Part shown: piece after piece, positions 10,569 through 21,503 of the stretch
Position numbering within the stretch: position 1 is the stretch's first letter
Layout of the letters: each line of letters opens with the position of its first letter
Source of the DNA: Candidatus Latescibacterota bacterium
GTDB taxonomy: Bacteria > Latescibacterota > UBA2968
Assembly: GCA_965198115.1 (NCBI GenBank)
Contig: OZ240241.1
Coordinates: 6,016,001-6,080,000 of the forward strand
DNA length: 64,000 nucleotides
Direction: 5' to 3'
Position numbers and translations under genes: made by a program
Notes under the pieces: generated by a model
Seen by the model: the letters and a program-made list of their open reading frames with translations, nothing else
What the model was told of the DNA's origin: nothing
Databases searched by the model: none

Positions 10569-11159
10569 TTGATCGAGAGAGTCAAAGACGATGTGGCAGC
10601 AATGCTGCAGCCTTCCACGAACTTTCTCGTGCGGCTTCGCTGTTCGCCCGATGTTCTGACCCTCCTGGGGTTCGCACTCAATCTGCTCGCCGCAACGCTG
10701 TTCGCCCTGGGGTTCTACCGATGGGGCGGTTTGGCTGTCCTGATCGCGGGCGTTTTCGACTTCTTCGACGGGCAAGTGGCGCGTGCCGGAAAGACCGCAT
10801 CGAAGTTCGGTGCGCTCCTCGACTCGACGGTCGATCGGTATTCTGAGATCATCGTCTGGTTCGGACTGGCCGTGAGCTTCATCCGGGCCGGGTCGCTGTG
10901 GACGAGCTCGGCCCTTTTCTTCGCCATGGCCGGATCTTTGATGGTGAGCTACGTAAGAGCCCGTGCGGAAGGTCTGGGCGAAGAGTGTAACATCGGTTTC
11001 ATGCAGCGTCCCGAGCGTGTGATTGCGCTCGGCGCGGGGGGTCTGATCGGCACGATCGGCCTAACGGCCGCTGCGTGGGTGATCGCCGTGCTTTCGAACG
11101 TCACTGCCCTCGAACGTGTCCTCTACGTTCGTCGGCAGACCCGCGAAGACGAGTCCTGA
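10569..11159 (+). CDS. CDP-alcohol phosphatidyltransferase (PgsA/PIP-synthase-like)
   Basis: DFFDGQVAR...FGALLDSTVDR motif, MVSYVRARAEGLG, QRPER; TTG start with GGGAG RBS. Confidence 0.92.
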   Translation: MIERVKDDVAAMLQPSTNFLVRLRCSPDVLTLLGFALNLLAATLFALGFYRWGGLAVLIAGVFDFFDGQVARAGKTASKFGALLDSTVDRYSEIIVWFGLAVSFIRAGSLWTSSALFFAMAGSLMVSYVRARAEGLGEECNIGFMQRPERVIALGAGGLIGTIGLTAAAWVIAVLSNVTALERVLYVRRQTREDES

Positions 11160-11197
11160 ATCCCGCATCGACGTCTCTTCGTCACCGGTTCCGACGC

Positions 11198-11221
11198 CCT
11201 TCGACTACGCTCAGGGTAGGC
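11198..11221. repeat. REP-like intergenic element (CCTTCGACTACGCTCAGG type)
   Basis: Near-identical copy CCCTTCGACTGCGCTCAGGA at ~49653-49672. Confidence 0.6.
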
Positions 11222-11255
11222 TCGGGGCCGGTTCGCTTTTGGGCGATCGACCACC

Positions 11256-11885
11256 ATGGCCGGATATTTCCTGACGTTCGAAGGAATCGATGGCAACGGG
11301 AAGAGCACGCACGCTCTACGATTGGCCGAGGTCTTCAAGAGCGCCGGAAACCGTGTCGTCCTGACGCACGAGCCCGGTGCCACGCCGCTCGGTCAAAGGC
11401 TGAGATCCGAGCTGCTGAGTGGTGAGGAACCGATCTCGGATGTGGCCGAGCTGTTGCTGTTCGCCGCCGATCGGGCCCAACACGTGAGCGAGGTCATTCG
11501 CCCTGCGCTCGAACGAGGCCACGTCGTTATCTCCGATCGCTTTGCCGATTCGACACGCGCGTATCAGGGATTCGGCCGAGGTGTCGACCGGGCCCTGCTC
11601 GAACGCGCCATTTCCTTGGCAACCGGCGGCCTCACGCCCGATTTGACGATCCTGATCGACGTCGAATTGGCCGAGGCACGGGCCCGATCGGACGACGAAC
11701 CGGATCGATTGGAAAGCGAGCCGGACGTCTTTTTCGAACGAGTGCGTCGGGGCTTCCTTGACCTCGCTTCCGAAGATCCCGACCGTATTCGTGTGGTCGA
11801 TGGCTCCGGATCGCTCGATGCCACAGCCGCCGCCATCCTGGCCGCGGTCGGCGATCGTTTACCCGACCTGAAACAATCCGTCTGA
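11256..11885 (+). CDS. tmk: Thymidylate kinase
   Basis: FEGIDGNGKST P-loop, THEPG, ELLLFAADRAQH, SDRFADSTRAYQG. Confidence 0.96.
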   Translation: MAGYFLTFEGIDGNGKSTHALRLAEVFKSAGNRVVLTHEPGATPLGQRLRSELLSGEEPISDVAELLLFAADRAQHVSEVIRPALERGHVVISDRFADSTRAYQGFGRGVDRALLERAISLATGGLTPDLTILIDVELAEARARSDDEPDRLESEPDVFFERVRRGFLDLASEDPDRIRVVDGSGSLDATAAAILAAVGDRLPDLKQSV

Positions 11886-11944
11886 CGAAGCGTCAGCGTG
11901 ACGGGTGTTGGAGCACTGCCGCCGCTTCACCCGCTGGAGGCTTT

Positions 11945-13846
11945 ATGTTTCGTTTCCGAAAACTGTTCCTCCTCACGTTCCTCGTCTGTCTTGTTTCCGT
12001 CTACGTCACGATCGATTCGAGGTTGGTGACGGGGGCGGACGCCTTCGCCGACGTCGACGAGGCTATCGAGAACTTCCACGACGTGTTCAACCAGATCTCG
12101 TCGTCTTACTTCAAAGAAGTCGAGGTGGGGGAGCTCAGCGACGCAGCCATTCAGGGCATGCTCGAGGAACTGGATCCGAACACGCAGTATTACGATCAGC
12201 AGGGGAGGGATGAGCTGCGCGAGAAGATGCGCGGCAAGTTCGGTGGTCTGGGCATCAGCATCAGCAAAAAGTACGGTCCTGTGCCCGTGGTGATGAGCAT
12301 CTTCGGCGGCACTCCCGCCGATACCGCGGGTCTCGAAATGGGCGATCGCATCGTAATGATCGAGGGGGACTCGACACACGGCGACGAACTCGAGGAGGTC
12401 GTCGGTCTTCTACGCGGGAACCCGGGGACAGGGGTCACGATCACGATCGAACGCCCCGGTTCGGCGGAAACGTTCGATCAGCAGATCATTCGCGATCGTA
12501 TCAAGATCCCGAGTGTGGGTCTCAGTCGTGAGATCGAACCCGGGATCGGTTTCGTGTCGATGTCGGGCACGCTCAACAGCCACTTTGCCGAAGGCACGGC
12601 CGACGAACTGGGCGAGGCACTGCGGAGCCTGAAAGCCGAGGATCTTGATGGATTGATCGTCGATCTGCGCAGCAATCCGGGCGGGTTGCTGATCCAGGCG
12701 ATCGCTGTGGCCGATCACTTCCTCCCGCCGAATCAGAGGGTGGTCTCCACGAGAGGGCGTGAAGGGAACCAGAACGAGACCTACCGAACGCGAAAACCCG
12801 CCGTCGCGGGACACGTACCTCTGATCATACTCGTCAACGGAAGCAGTGCGAGCGCGTCGGAGATCGTGGCCGGTGCCGTCCAGGATTCCGATCGGGGGCT
12901 AATCCTGGGGTTGGACACTTTCGGCAAAGGGTCCGTCCAGACAGTGCGTCAAATCGGACGCAGCAAGGCCCTGAAACTGACGACCGCCGTTTACTACACG
13001 CCGAGTGGGCGGAGCATTCACCGGTCGGTCGATCGGGGTCGACGCGGGGGCAGGCTCCTGCTCTACCTGACGGACGCGGCCCGGGTGCCTGTCTACGAGG
13101 CCGTCGCCATCATCGGCCAGGCCGAGGATCACGACAACGCCGTCAACGAGCTGATGCAGCGGTACAGCTTGAGCACGGAAGAAGCCGAAAAGCTGATCCA
13201 GACCGATCTGTCCTCGTTCGTCGGTCTGGGACGTGGGGACGACGGGAACACACCGAAAGGAAGCGACCCCAAGAAGATTTTCAAGACATCGGGCGGTCGA
13301 ACCATCTATGGGGGCGGTGGTATCACACCCGATGTCGAGGTTGAACACCGACGTCATAAACGGATCGTCGTCGAGTATATCCGGAACTATTTATTCTTCG
13401 ACTTCGCCGTGGATTATCTGACGCGGAACAGCGTTCCGGAGTCGGTCGGAGACTTCCACGTGTCGGACGCTATCGTCGATGAATTCAAGACGTTCCTCTC
13501 GGATACGACGCAGACGCACGGGTACGAATACAAAGCCATCCCCGAGTTTCGAATGCTGGACCTTAAGAAGGCATTCGGGGACTCGGTCGAGCTGTTGGAG
13601 GAAACGAAGAGGGCGTTCGACGGGTTGGAGACCGCTGCCAGGGCAAAACGCGAGTCGGAATTCGAAGCAGCGAGAGAGGATCTCCGTCGGTTGATCGAAG
13701 AGAGCATCGCCGCCGCGGCCTGGGGGGAACGAGCAAAACAGCTGGTCAGTCTGCGCTACGATCCGCAGTTCGAGGAGGCGCTGCGCATTTTGCGGGATGG
13801 GAGGCTCTATCAGAGGAAGCTTGCGCTGGCGGATCCAGACGAATAG
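11945..13846 (+). CDS. Carboxy-terminal processing protease (S41A, CtpA/Prc family)
   Basis: PDZ GKFGGLGI, VDLRSNPGGLL, SASASEIVAGA, TFGKGSVQ, YYTPSGRSI, GGGGITPD. Confidence 0.95.
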   Translation: MFRFRKLFLLTFLVCLVSVYVTIDSRLVTGADAFADVDEAIENFHDVFNQISSSYFKEVEVGELSDAAIQGMLEELDPNTQYYDQQGRDELREKMRGKFGGLGISISKKYGPVPVVMSIFGGTPADTAGLEMGDRIVMIEGDSTHGDELEEVVGLLRGNPGTGVTITIERPGSAETFDQQIIRDRIKIPSVGLSREIEPGIGFVSMSGTLNSHFAEGTADELGEALRSLKAEDLDGLIVDLRSNPGGLLIQAIAVADHFLPPNQRVVSTRGREGNQNETYRTRKPAVAGHVPLIILVNGSSASASEIVAGAVQDSDRGLILGLDTFGKGSVQTVRQIGRSKALKLTTAVYYTPSGRSIHRSVDRGRRGGRLLLYLTDAARVPVYEAVAIIGQAEDHDNAVNELMQRYSLSTEEAEKLIQTDLSSFVGLGRGDDGNTPKGSDPKKIFKTSGGRTIYGGGGITPDVEVEHRRHKRIVVEYIRNYLFFDFAVDYLTRNSVPESVGDFHVSDAIVDEFKTFLSDTTQTHGYEYKAIPEFRMLDLKKAFGDSVELLEETKRAFDGLETAARAKRESEFEAAREDLRRLIEESIAAAAWGERAKQLVSLRYDPQFEEALRILRDGRLYQRKLALADPDE

Positions 13847-13867
13847 CCAGCCCCCACTCCGCAAGTG

Positions 13868-13910
13868 AAAGAGGCGACCGTCCCGAGCGACGATCGCCTC
13901 TTTTGTTTTT
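13868..13910. terminator. Bidirectional intrinsic terminator
   Basis: AAA-GAGGCGA...TCGCCTC-TTTTGTTTTT between convergent genes. Confidence 0.8.
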
Positions 13911-13922
13911 CAGGAGAGAAAA

Positions 13923-16757
13923 CTACTTAGCATCCAGGTTGTGGACGGCATCCCACGCTTCGTCGGGGGGTATGGCCTTGAATTCGTTACAACGTTCGAC
14001 GAAGATCTTGGCTGGGTCCGTCTTCGGCGTCGATCTTCAGACCCGCCTGGAAGTGTGCGATCGCCTCGTCCCACTTCCGTTCGCTATACATGTTGAAGCC
14101 GTTGACGTAGGCGTCGACGACATCCAGCTTGTCTCGCGACACCTCTCCTTTTCGCCCGAGGACTTCGTAAACACGGACGGGTTCATCTTTCCCGACGACG
14201 CGAATACTGTCGAGGGGTCGAACCTCCATGATATCGCCCGCTGCCCGATAGGTGAACTCGGAGATCATGGTCGTGATACCGTAGGCCTTGCCCGCGCCCT
14301 CGAGTCGTGAGGCCAGGTTGACGGCGTCGCCCATGACCGTGTAGTCCACACGGGAGTGCGATCCGAGATTGCCGACGACCATCTCACCCGTGTTCACGCC
14401 CATCCTGACACGCAGGAATTCCCCGCGTCCCTGTTCCGCCCACATCTGCCTCAGCTCGGTCATGCGGTTCTCTTCCTCGAACTTGCGACGGAGGTCCGCG
14501 CACTTCTGTTGCATGTCGATGCAGGCGAACACGGCGGCTTGAGCGTGATCGTGCATGATCATCGGTGCGCCCCAAAAGGCCATGATCGCGTCGCCTTCGA
14601 ACTTGTCGATCGTGCCCTCGTGGATGGCGATGATCTCGCACATCTCCGTCAGATACTCGTTGAGGAGCTCGACGAGCTCGACAGCCGTCAAGTTTTCCGA
14701 GATTGTCGAAAAACTGGCAAGGTCGGAAAAGAAGACCGTCATCACACGCTGATCGCCGCCGAGCTGGTTCACGAGATCCGGGTTCTCGACGAGCTGATCG
14801 ACGACCTTGGGGTCGAGGTAGTGCCCGAACGCACCCTGGACAAACTCCTTTTCCTTCTCTTTCTGCACGTAATCATACAGGGTGATCGTCAGATATCCGA
14901 TCGTCAGCGTCGCGACGGGGCCGAGCATGTCCGCCCAGATCCCCGCCTGAACGAACAGAAGGATCACCCCGATGATGTATGCCGAAAGGATGCTCACCAC
15001 GACAGCCGCTCCAGACAGAGCTTTGAACCTGGGAACGAGGACGCCGATCAGGACACCCAGTACGAGCATGACCACCATATTCTGCCAGACCGTCAAGCGG
15101 CGCAGAAAATTCTGCGTCAAGATCGTGTTGAAGACGTTGACGTGCGCCCCGAGCATGGCTTCCCGTGCCCCGAACGGCGTCGGATTCAGGTCGTGTGTTC
15201 CAGTCGCCGTCAGCCCGTAGAAGAAGATCGTGCCATCGAACTCATCGGCGCTCAGGATCCGGTCCGAGGACTGTTCGCCGTGAAGACCACCCGTGATGAT
15301 ACGGTCGAGAAAGAACAGTGGATGATCGTGCGGCTGCACGCCTCCCGACCGCACGAGTGTACGGATGATCCCTACGCCGAGGTCGATTTCTTCCAGCCGG
15401 GAGACGCTCATCCTGCCTGCCACCTCTTCGAGCGAGAGGTCGGGGTTCTCGGTGAGCACGTCGACGATTCCCAGGTTGTTCTTGATCCGGTTGAAATAGG
15501 GAGCGAGAATCTCGGCGATCGGGGCGATTTCCTCCGCCGGAACACCCATCATCTCGATGAAACCTTCCACAGAGAGCGACCGATCGGCGCGCAAGACCTC
15601 TTCCATTCCGGCGCAGTCGATGACGATGTTCCGATATTCGAGCAACAGGTCCGCGGGGAGGTCGACACCGGCCTCGCTGGCCCTGGCCAGGAAGGCATCA
15701 TCGTCGCCGAATGTGTCGGGTGTCTCTATAAGAGCCCGTTTGGCGAATTTGAGGGCGCGATTCTGAGGTTCCGTCTCTGCAAAATCCATGATCAGGTTGT
15801 AGGGGAAGTGACGATACGTTCCGTTGAATGAGCCCGCCCAGTTCACGAGTAGCTCGCATTGTCCGGAAACGGGAATGCGCAGATCGGCGACGCGTCCATC
15901 TGGAAACCTGACAGACGGCAGCACGATTCGCCCAGGTTGAAATCGAACCTGGTCGAGAGGGACGTTGAGGTAGTCGCACGCCATGGCTAGGCCGAGTGAA
16001 AAATAGACCCGGCCGTCGTAATAGATGGCCATTCGGTAGTGCCGGACGACGCCGTCGTGATCGGGTTTGGGAAGCGCGAAACCGACACCGCGGGAAGATT
16101 CGATGTAGGGAGGATGGGCACATCGATGTCCGTTGCGACGAAGAGCTGCCCACCCACTTCTCTCGCTCTGGGTACGGAGAACCGAGATAACCCTTCGACC
16201 GCCCGGTCTTTGCCCGGAGACCTCTCGCGCTGATTCTGTTCGGCGAACTCGACTGTCTTGCCTTCGGCGATTTCGAATGTCTGCGACAGATAGACGATTC
16301 CGGTCTTGTTGGCGACGTCGACGAAGTCCCGGTCGTGATCCTGCACCAGGTCGAGAACGGCCGATCGCGTGAAGCCTTCGTCCCCAAGGTCGGCAACGGC
16401 GTCCGGCGACAGACGCTCCCCGGCCGGCTCGTAGAAGAACATATCGAAGCCGACCATCCGGGCGCCGTAGGTGTGAATCGTCTCGACCATGCGAGCGTGA
16501 AGATCCCGCGTGAACGGAAACCCGTGTGTCTGGTAGGCCAGATCATCGATGTCGATCGTGGCGACCGACGGGAGCTGGAAGGGTTCTCCGAACCAGTCGT
16601 TACGCTTCCGGAAGCGGAAGTCGTAGCTGCTCGACTCGAGATCCTGGTAGAAATTGGTCATCGAGATCAGGGCGATCACGATCGCCGCGGCGATACCGAG
16701 AAAGAGCTCGATTGAAAAACCGGACTCTGACTTTACCTGTTTCTCTTCGTCGGGCAT
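13923..16757 (-). CDS. CHASE2-domain class III adenylate/guanylate cyclase; two apparent frameshifts (~16108 and ~14011)
   Basis: N-part has a TM and CHASE2 motifs (IDIDD, FPFTRDLHA, VGFDMFF); the continuation has PDHDGVVR, 3 TMs and cyclase motifs FFSDLASFSTISE, IDKFEGDAIMAFWGAP, YTVMGDAVNLASRLE; the natural C-terminus KIFVERC...WDAVHNLDAK* is in a shifted frame ending at 13923. Confidence 0.9.
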
Positions 16758-16913
16758 TGGGTGTCCTCGCTGGGGTGAGCGACATCCGGAAACGACGCCC
16801 CAGAATATAAACTGCGATAGGAGGGTGGCGCAAAACGCTGTTACGTCCAAACATAGAAAGGCGATGCCGGATCGTGTCCGACATCGCCTATGGGGAGTTG
16901 ATGTATCGCCAGG

Positions 16914-17303
16914 CTACTCGATGCCCGTCAGCTCTCCGGCCGCCTGCTCGGCGAATGGGGAATCTCCGTGGTTCTCGACGAGGTCGCTGTAGACTTTCTT
17001 GGCCTCTTCGAGTTCTCCGAGCTGGACGTGACACTGGGCGACGAAGAATTTCTGCTCGGGCACGGCCTCTCCGTTCGGATCGGCTTCGATCGAAGATGTC
17101 AGCTGCGTGATCGCATTCTTCAGGTCGACGCGGCTGGGATATCGCACGCCGCCCTTGTAATAGAGCTGGTCGAGCACGGCATCTTCGGCCTCGGCTCCAC
17201 GCACACCGGCCACGGTGCGTGTCTGCTGCGTCTCGTAGGCCTGCTTTTTGGTGACTTTCTGGATCGCCTTGAGTGGGTGAAACCTGCCAGGTCCACCCGT
17301 CAC
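16914..17303 (-). CDS. Small TPR (YbgF/CpoB-like C-terminus) protein; N-terminus uncertain
   Basis: DPNGEAVPEQKFFVAQCHVQLGELEEAKKVYSDLVENHGDSPFAEQA TPR pair; TVAGVRG motif; no clear signal peptide in frame. Confidence 0.65.
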   Translation of the reverse strand: MTGGPGRFHPLKAIQKVTKKQAYETQQTRTVAGVRGAEAEDAVLDQLYYKGGVRYPSRVDLKNAITQLTSSIEADPNGEAVPEQKFFVAQCHVQLGELEEAKKVYSDLVENHGDSPFAEQAAGELTGIE

Positions 17304-17456
17304 CTGTTATGAAAATACGGCAAATCGGGGTGGGAGCACGTGATTCAGGACACGCCAGAGAAGAATTTCATGACCCGTTTAACATGTTGTTTTAAACAGG
17401 GATACATAATTTGTGCGGTTGAAAAAGTGCGTGGCGTCACACCGGGAACGAACTTT

Positions 17457-20400
17457 CTAATCTAGAAATTCGAGCTGTCCCTGCAAGGAAGGCTCGAGCT
17501 CAACGGCGCGACGATACGACGCTTTAGCCTGTGCCGCATCGCCCTGCAGATGTCGGAGAATCGCGAGGTTCAGATGGAATCCGGCATTTTGGAGCTGGCG
17601 TTCGAGGGCCCGTTCGAACGATTCCGCCGCACCGGGATAGTCGCGTTGGTGGATCAGCACGACGCCTTTGCCGTTGAGGGCATCGGCATTCCCCGGGTTG
17701 AGGGAGATGGCGCGATCGAACGCCTCGGTCGCACGATCGTAGCGTTTGAGACGAAGGAAAGCGGCTCCGTCATCGTAGGCCTTGTCAGAAGCGATGCGCT
17801 GCAACGGCCCGACGGATCCGGTCGTTGACGCGGTCACGGAGATCTCCGACAACGGTCGCCCGCCGGTGATCACGTCGAGCTGTCCTTCGTAGGACGCGTC
17901 GTAGGCCACAGCCTTCTTGTAGGCGGCGATCGCCTCGTCCTTCTTGCCCTGGAGGTGATACGTGATCGCCAGGTTAGCCTGATAGCCAGCGTTGTTGGGA
18001 TCGATGGCGATGGCCTTCCGATAGGCGTCGATGGCCTCGGTATACTGATGCTTGCGGGTGGCGATGACGCCCTTGCCATTGAGCGCGTCGGCATTCTCAG
18101 GATTCAACGAAAGCGCTCTGTCGAATTGCTCGGTTGCGCGATCGTCCCGTTTAAGCCTCAGGTAGGCGGCGCCGTCGTCATAGGACTTTTCGGATGCGAT
18201 GCGCTGGAGCGGGTCGACTTTTGTGGGCCGGGTCGATACGGCGCCCGTGAGGAAATCGAGGGTACCCGCAAAGTCCCGATTGATCCGGACCGCCTCCTGA
18301 TAGACCTGTTGCGCGTCGTCGCCTCTGCCCTGGAGGTGGTAGGTGAGCGCGAGGTTGATCCTGAAGCCAGCGTCATTCGGGTTGAGCTCGAGCGCCTTGT
18401 TGTAAAGCTCGAGCGCCTCGTCGTAGCGCCGCCGCTTGGTCATGACGACGCCCAATGCGTTGTAGGCGTCGGCCAGACCCGCGTCCATCTTGATCGCGTC
18501 GGTGAAGGACGTTTCCGCCCGCTCGAGCTGGTTCAGTCGCAGATAGGCTGCACCGGCATCGTAGAGTCCCTCGGCACTGTCGAGGGAGACGCCGGAGACG
18601 AGCGCGATCCGGTCCAGACGCGTCTCGAAATACGCCAGGTCGCGGTTGAAGAGAGCTCTTCGATCGAGGCTTGGGACGGAATGGCGATGTCTGAGTCGGG
18701 GACGACACCCGGGCGAAACGTCTGCTGGGCCTCGGAGACGAGAATTTCGTTGATGAAGCCGCGTTCTTTCCGCACGTAGTACTCTTCGGCCCCGTTCCGC
18801 CACGCGTCGGAGAATGACGATCCGAATAGCGTCGTTTCCACGGGCAACCAGATGCGGTTGTCCCACAGGACGTATTCACGCTCGTTCAGGAAGTAGTCGC
18901 CGGCATCCTGAACAGAGATGCCACTGTCGAACATCATGTAGATGTGGCCGTATTGCGGGTCGTTGACGTCCAGGATGGCGGTCGGGATGTTCAGATTCTC
19001 GAGCATCGAGCAAAACAGCGCAGTGCAGTCGTCGCAGTCACCGATCTTCACGTCGAGGTATTCGTAGGGGTACTTAACGGAGTCGAAAACAGAATCGTCC
19101 TGGAAGATTTCGAGATACGGTGTGGTCTGATCCTGCTGATAGCGGAGACCGTGTGCGCCGATGGCGTCGAAGATGAGGGCGGCCTTCCCAATGTTGTTGT
19201 TCCCGAATTTTTCCCGGAGCAGGTCGGCATAATTCCCGACGAGGCCCCGAGCGAACGCGTCGACGGTTCTGCTTTCGGGCGTGATAAAGGCGGCGATGCG
19301 GCGCGGGTTGGACCAGCTGAGCTTGCCCTTCCCGAGGACGTAGACGCTGTTGAGCGTGCGGGTCGACGTCTTGTTCGCTCTGCCCTGACGGTAGCTCACC
19401 TTGACCGTCGGCTGTACGAGATTGTCGTAGTAGGACGGTTGCGTCGACAGCAGGTCCTGTGGGAACGTCAACGTGAAGCCGTATCGTTCTGTCGATTGAG
19501 CCGGGAGAACGACCGTCTCTTCGTGGGGGGTCTTGGTCAACGTCGGGACATCGATGCTGACGGTCACCGGCAGGGCGTTGGCGGACGCGTTCCGCAGGAC
19601 GACGTCGACGAAGTCGGCCTCCTCATAGGTTCGGTAGAGAGACTTGAAAATAGGTGCAGGCCGCACGATGGCGTCTTTGATGTTGACGATCGACGCGTTG
19701 TAGGAAAGGCCTAGAGTGACGTGGTGCGTCGGGGGCAGGACAGGGTGATGCTCGAACGCATAGTCGAGTTGCGCCGAATTCCACTTGAGGCCGAAGCCGA
19801 GGGCAAAAGCCAGTGTCTGATCCGCCCCCGTTGGCGGACTGAGTGGTCGATTGACGCCGCCCCGCAACAGGAGGGCGGCCAGCGGCTGGTATTCGGCACC
19901 GAAGTGGAAATCATCGCTGTCGACGTCGAGGGCGAGTTTCACATCGGGGTGTGGCTGGACGGATACACCGCCCCGGATGGTCTGTTCGAGCAGCTCTTCT
20001 TCGAATTGCGTGGTGTCATCCTGGAGTTTGGTTCCGCCGATGTCCTGTAGGGCGACCCCGAACCGCAGTTTATCGAAGGGCGGTTTTTTTGGAGTGAAAA
20101 CGAGACCGACGTCAAGACCGAATCCGCTGGCGTTGCGCAGGCTCACGTCGTCGAGTTCGATCGTCTGGAACACGCTCTTAAGTCCGACTCCGAGGGAGAA
20201 GCTGCGGTGGAGCTGCATCCCGTAGGTCAGGTTGACCACGTTGAGGGCATCGCTGAGTTCGGTGTCCCCGAAACTTTCGCGAACCCAGCCAAGACCGATG
20301 GCGTGACGCTCGAACAGCGGGAAAACGTAGGACGCATAGGAGCTGTTGATGTCGAGACCGAACCGGTCGGCATAGGAGAAAACGACTTCCTGACGTTGGA

Positions 20401-20587
20401 GGGTCGGAAGCCCTGAGGGATTCCAGAAAGTGGCCGAGGCGTCGTCAGCCAACCCCGTCACGGTGCCTCCGAGACCAATCGTGCGGGCAGTCGTGGCGAA
20501 AGTGGGTCGCTGGGCCTAGCTGTTACCGGCCAGAGCCACGACGCAGACCGATACGAGAACGGTCAGCCTGGTGAGGGTGTGTGGCAT
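17457..20587 (-). CDS. PorV/PorQ-like beta-barrel + transglutaminase-like domain + TPR array; in-frame TAG at 20518-20516 and frameshift ~18652
   Basis: ATG 20587 gives a signal peptide, then ARTIGLGG...ADDASATFWNPSGL (PorV/FadL-like plug motif) and alternating beta-strands ending HHVTLGLSY; GDCDDC...GHIYMMFD Cys/His/Asp core; TPRs continue after a 2-nt insertion (EELFNRDLAYF). Confidence 0.8.
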
Positions 20588-21492
20588 CAGGGCGTATCGT
20601 TCCGGTAGAGGATGCTGGCCTCGAACGACGGGAACTGGCTGTTCACGAGATAGATGTCGAGGTCGCCATCGCCATCGAAGTCGCCGACAGCCGCGTCGAT
20701 ACCGTAGGATCCTCCGATCGACAGACCAGCGGCGGCCGTCTCATCCGTGAAGGTTCCCGATGTCTGAAGCAGAATCTGGCTGACTTGCCCGGCACTGGAG
20801 TTGGCGCCGTTGACGAGCAGGACATCGAAGTCGTTGTCTCCGTCGAAATCCGCCCAGGCGCTTGCCCATCCGATCCACGTGGTCGCTGTCCCGGCCAGGT
20901 CGCCTGTCGCGACATTCGTGAATACATCATCACCGTCGTTCCGGTAGAGGGCGTTGCCGCCGACGTTGACGACCGCCAGGTCGAGGTCACTGTCTCCGTC
21001 GTAGTCGACCCACCGGGCGGCGTGTCCGATGTCGGTGTTGTCGATGGAAGCTTCGCACGCGACCTCTGTGAAACGGCCTGTACCATCGTTCTTGTAGAGT
21101 GCGTTGCTCTGCTCGCGATTGACGACGTAGAGATCGAGGTCTCCGTCACCGTCGTAATCGCCCCACGCGGCGTCTTCGCTGTCCCCGAGATGATCGACGG
21201 CGGCGGAGAACCCGACCTCGGAAAAAGTGCCGTTCCCGTTGTTGCGATACAACCGGTTGACGCTGGCGTTCGCGTTCGCAGCCCAATTGGTGACGTAGAG
21301 ATCAAGGTCGCCGTCGCCGTCGTAGTCGCCCCACGTGGCGCTCGTAGCGACGCGGGAAGCGTTGGGCATCGAATTGGCGACACCCGCACTGCTCGTCACG
21401 TCGGTGAATTGCATCTGGGCACATACCGGTTTTGCCCAGAGCAGGAAAATCGACGTGGCGGCAGCGAGACAGGTTTTGGGTAGATGGGTCAT
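20587..21492 (-). CDS. Secreted FG-GAP/VCBS repeat beta-propeller protein
   Basis: Signal peptide; five to six (W/V)GD(Y/F)DGDGDLDLY repeats; stop overlaps the next start (TGATG). Confidence 0.9.
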   Translation of the reverse strand: MTHLPKTCLAAATSIFLLWAKPVCAQMQFTDVTSSAGVANSMPNASRVATSATWGDYDGDGDLDLYVTNWAANANASVNRLYRNNGNGTFSEVGFSAAVDHLGDSEDAAWGDYDGDGDLDLYVVNREQSNALYKNDGTGRFTEVACEASIDNTDIGHAARWVDYDGDSDLDLAVVNVGGNALYRNDGDDVFTNVATGDLAGTATTWIGWASAWADFDGDNDFDVLLVNGANSSAGQVSQILLQTSGTFTDETAAAGLSIGGSYGIDAAVGDFDGDGDLDIYLVNSQFPSFEASILYRNDTP

Positions 21493-21503
21493 GGAGTTCG
21501 TTT

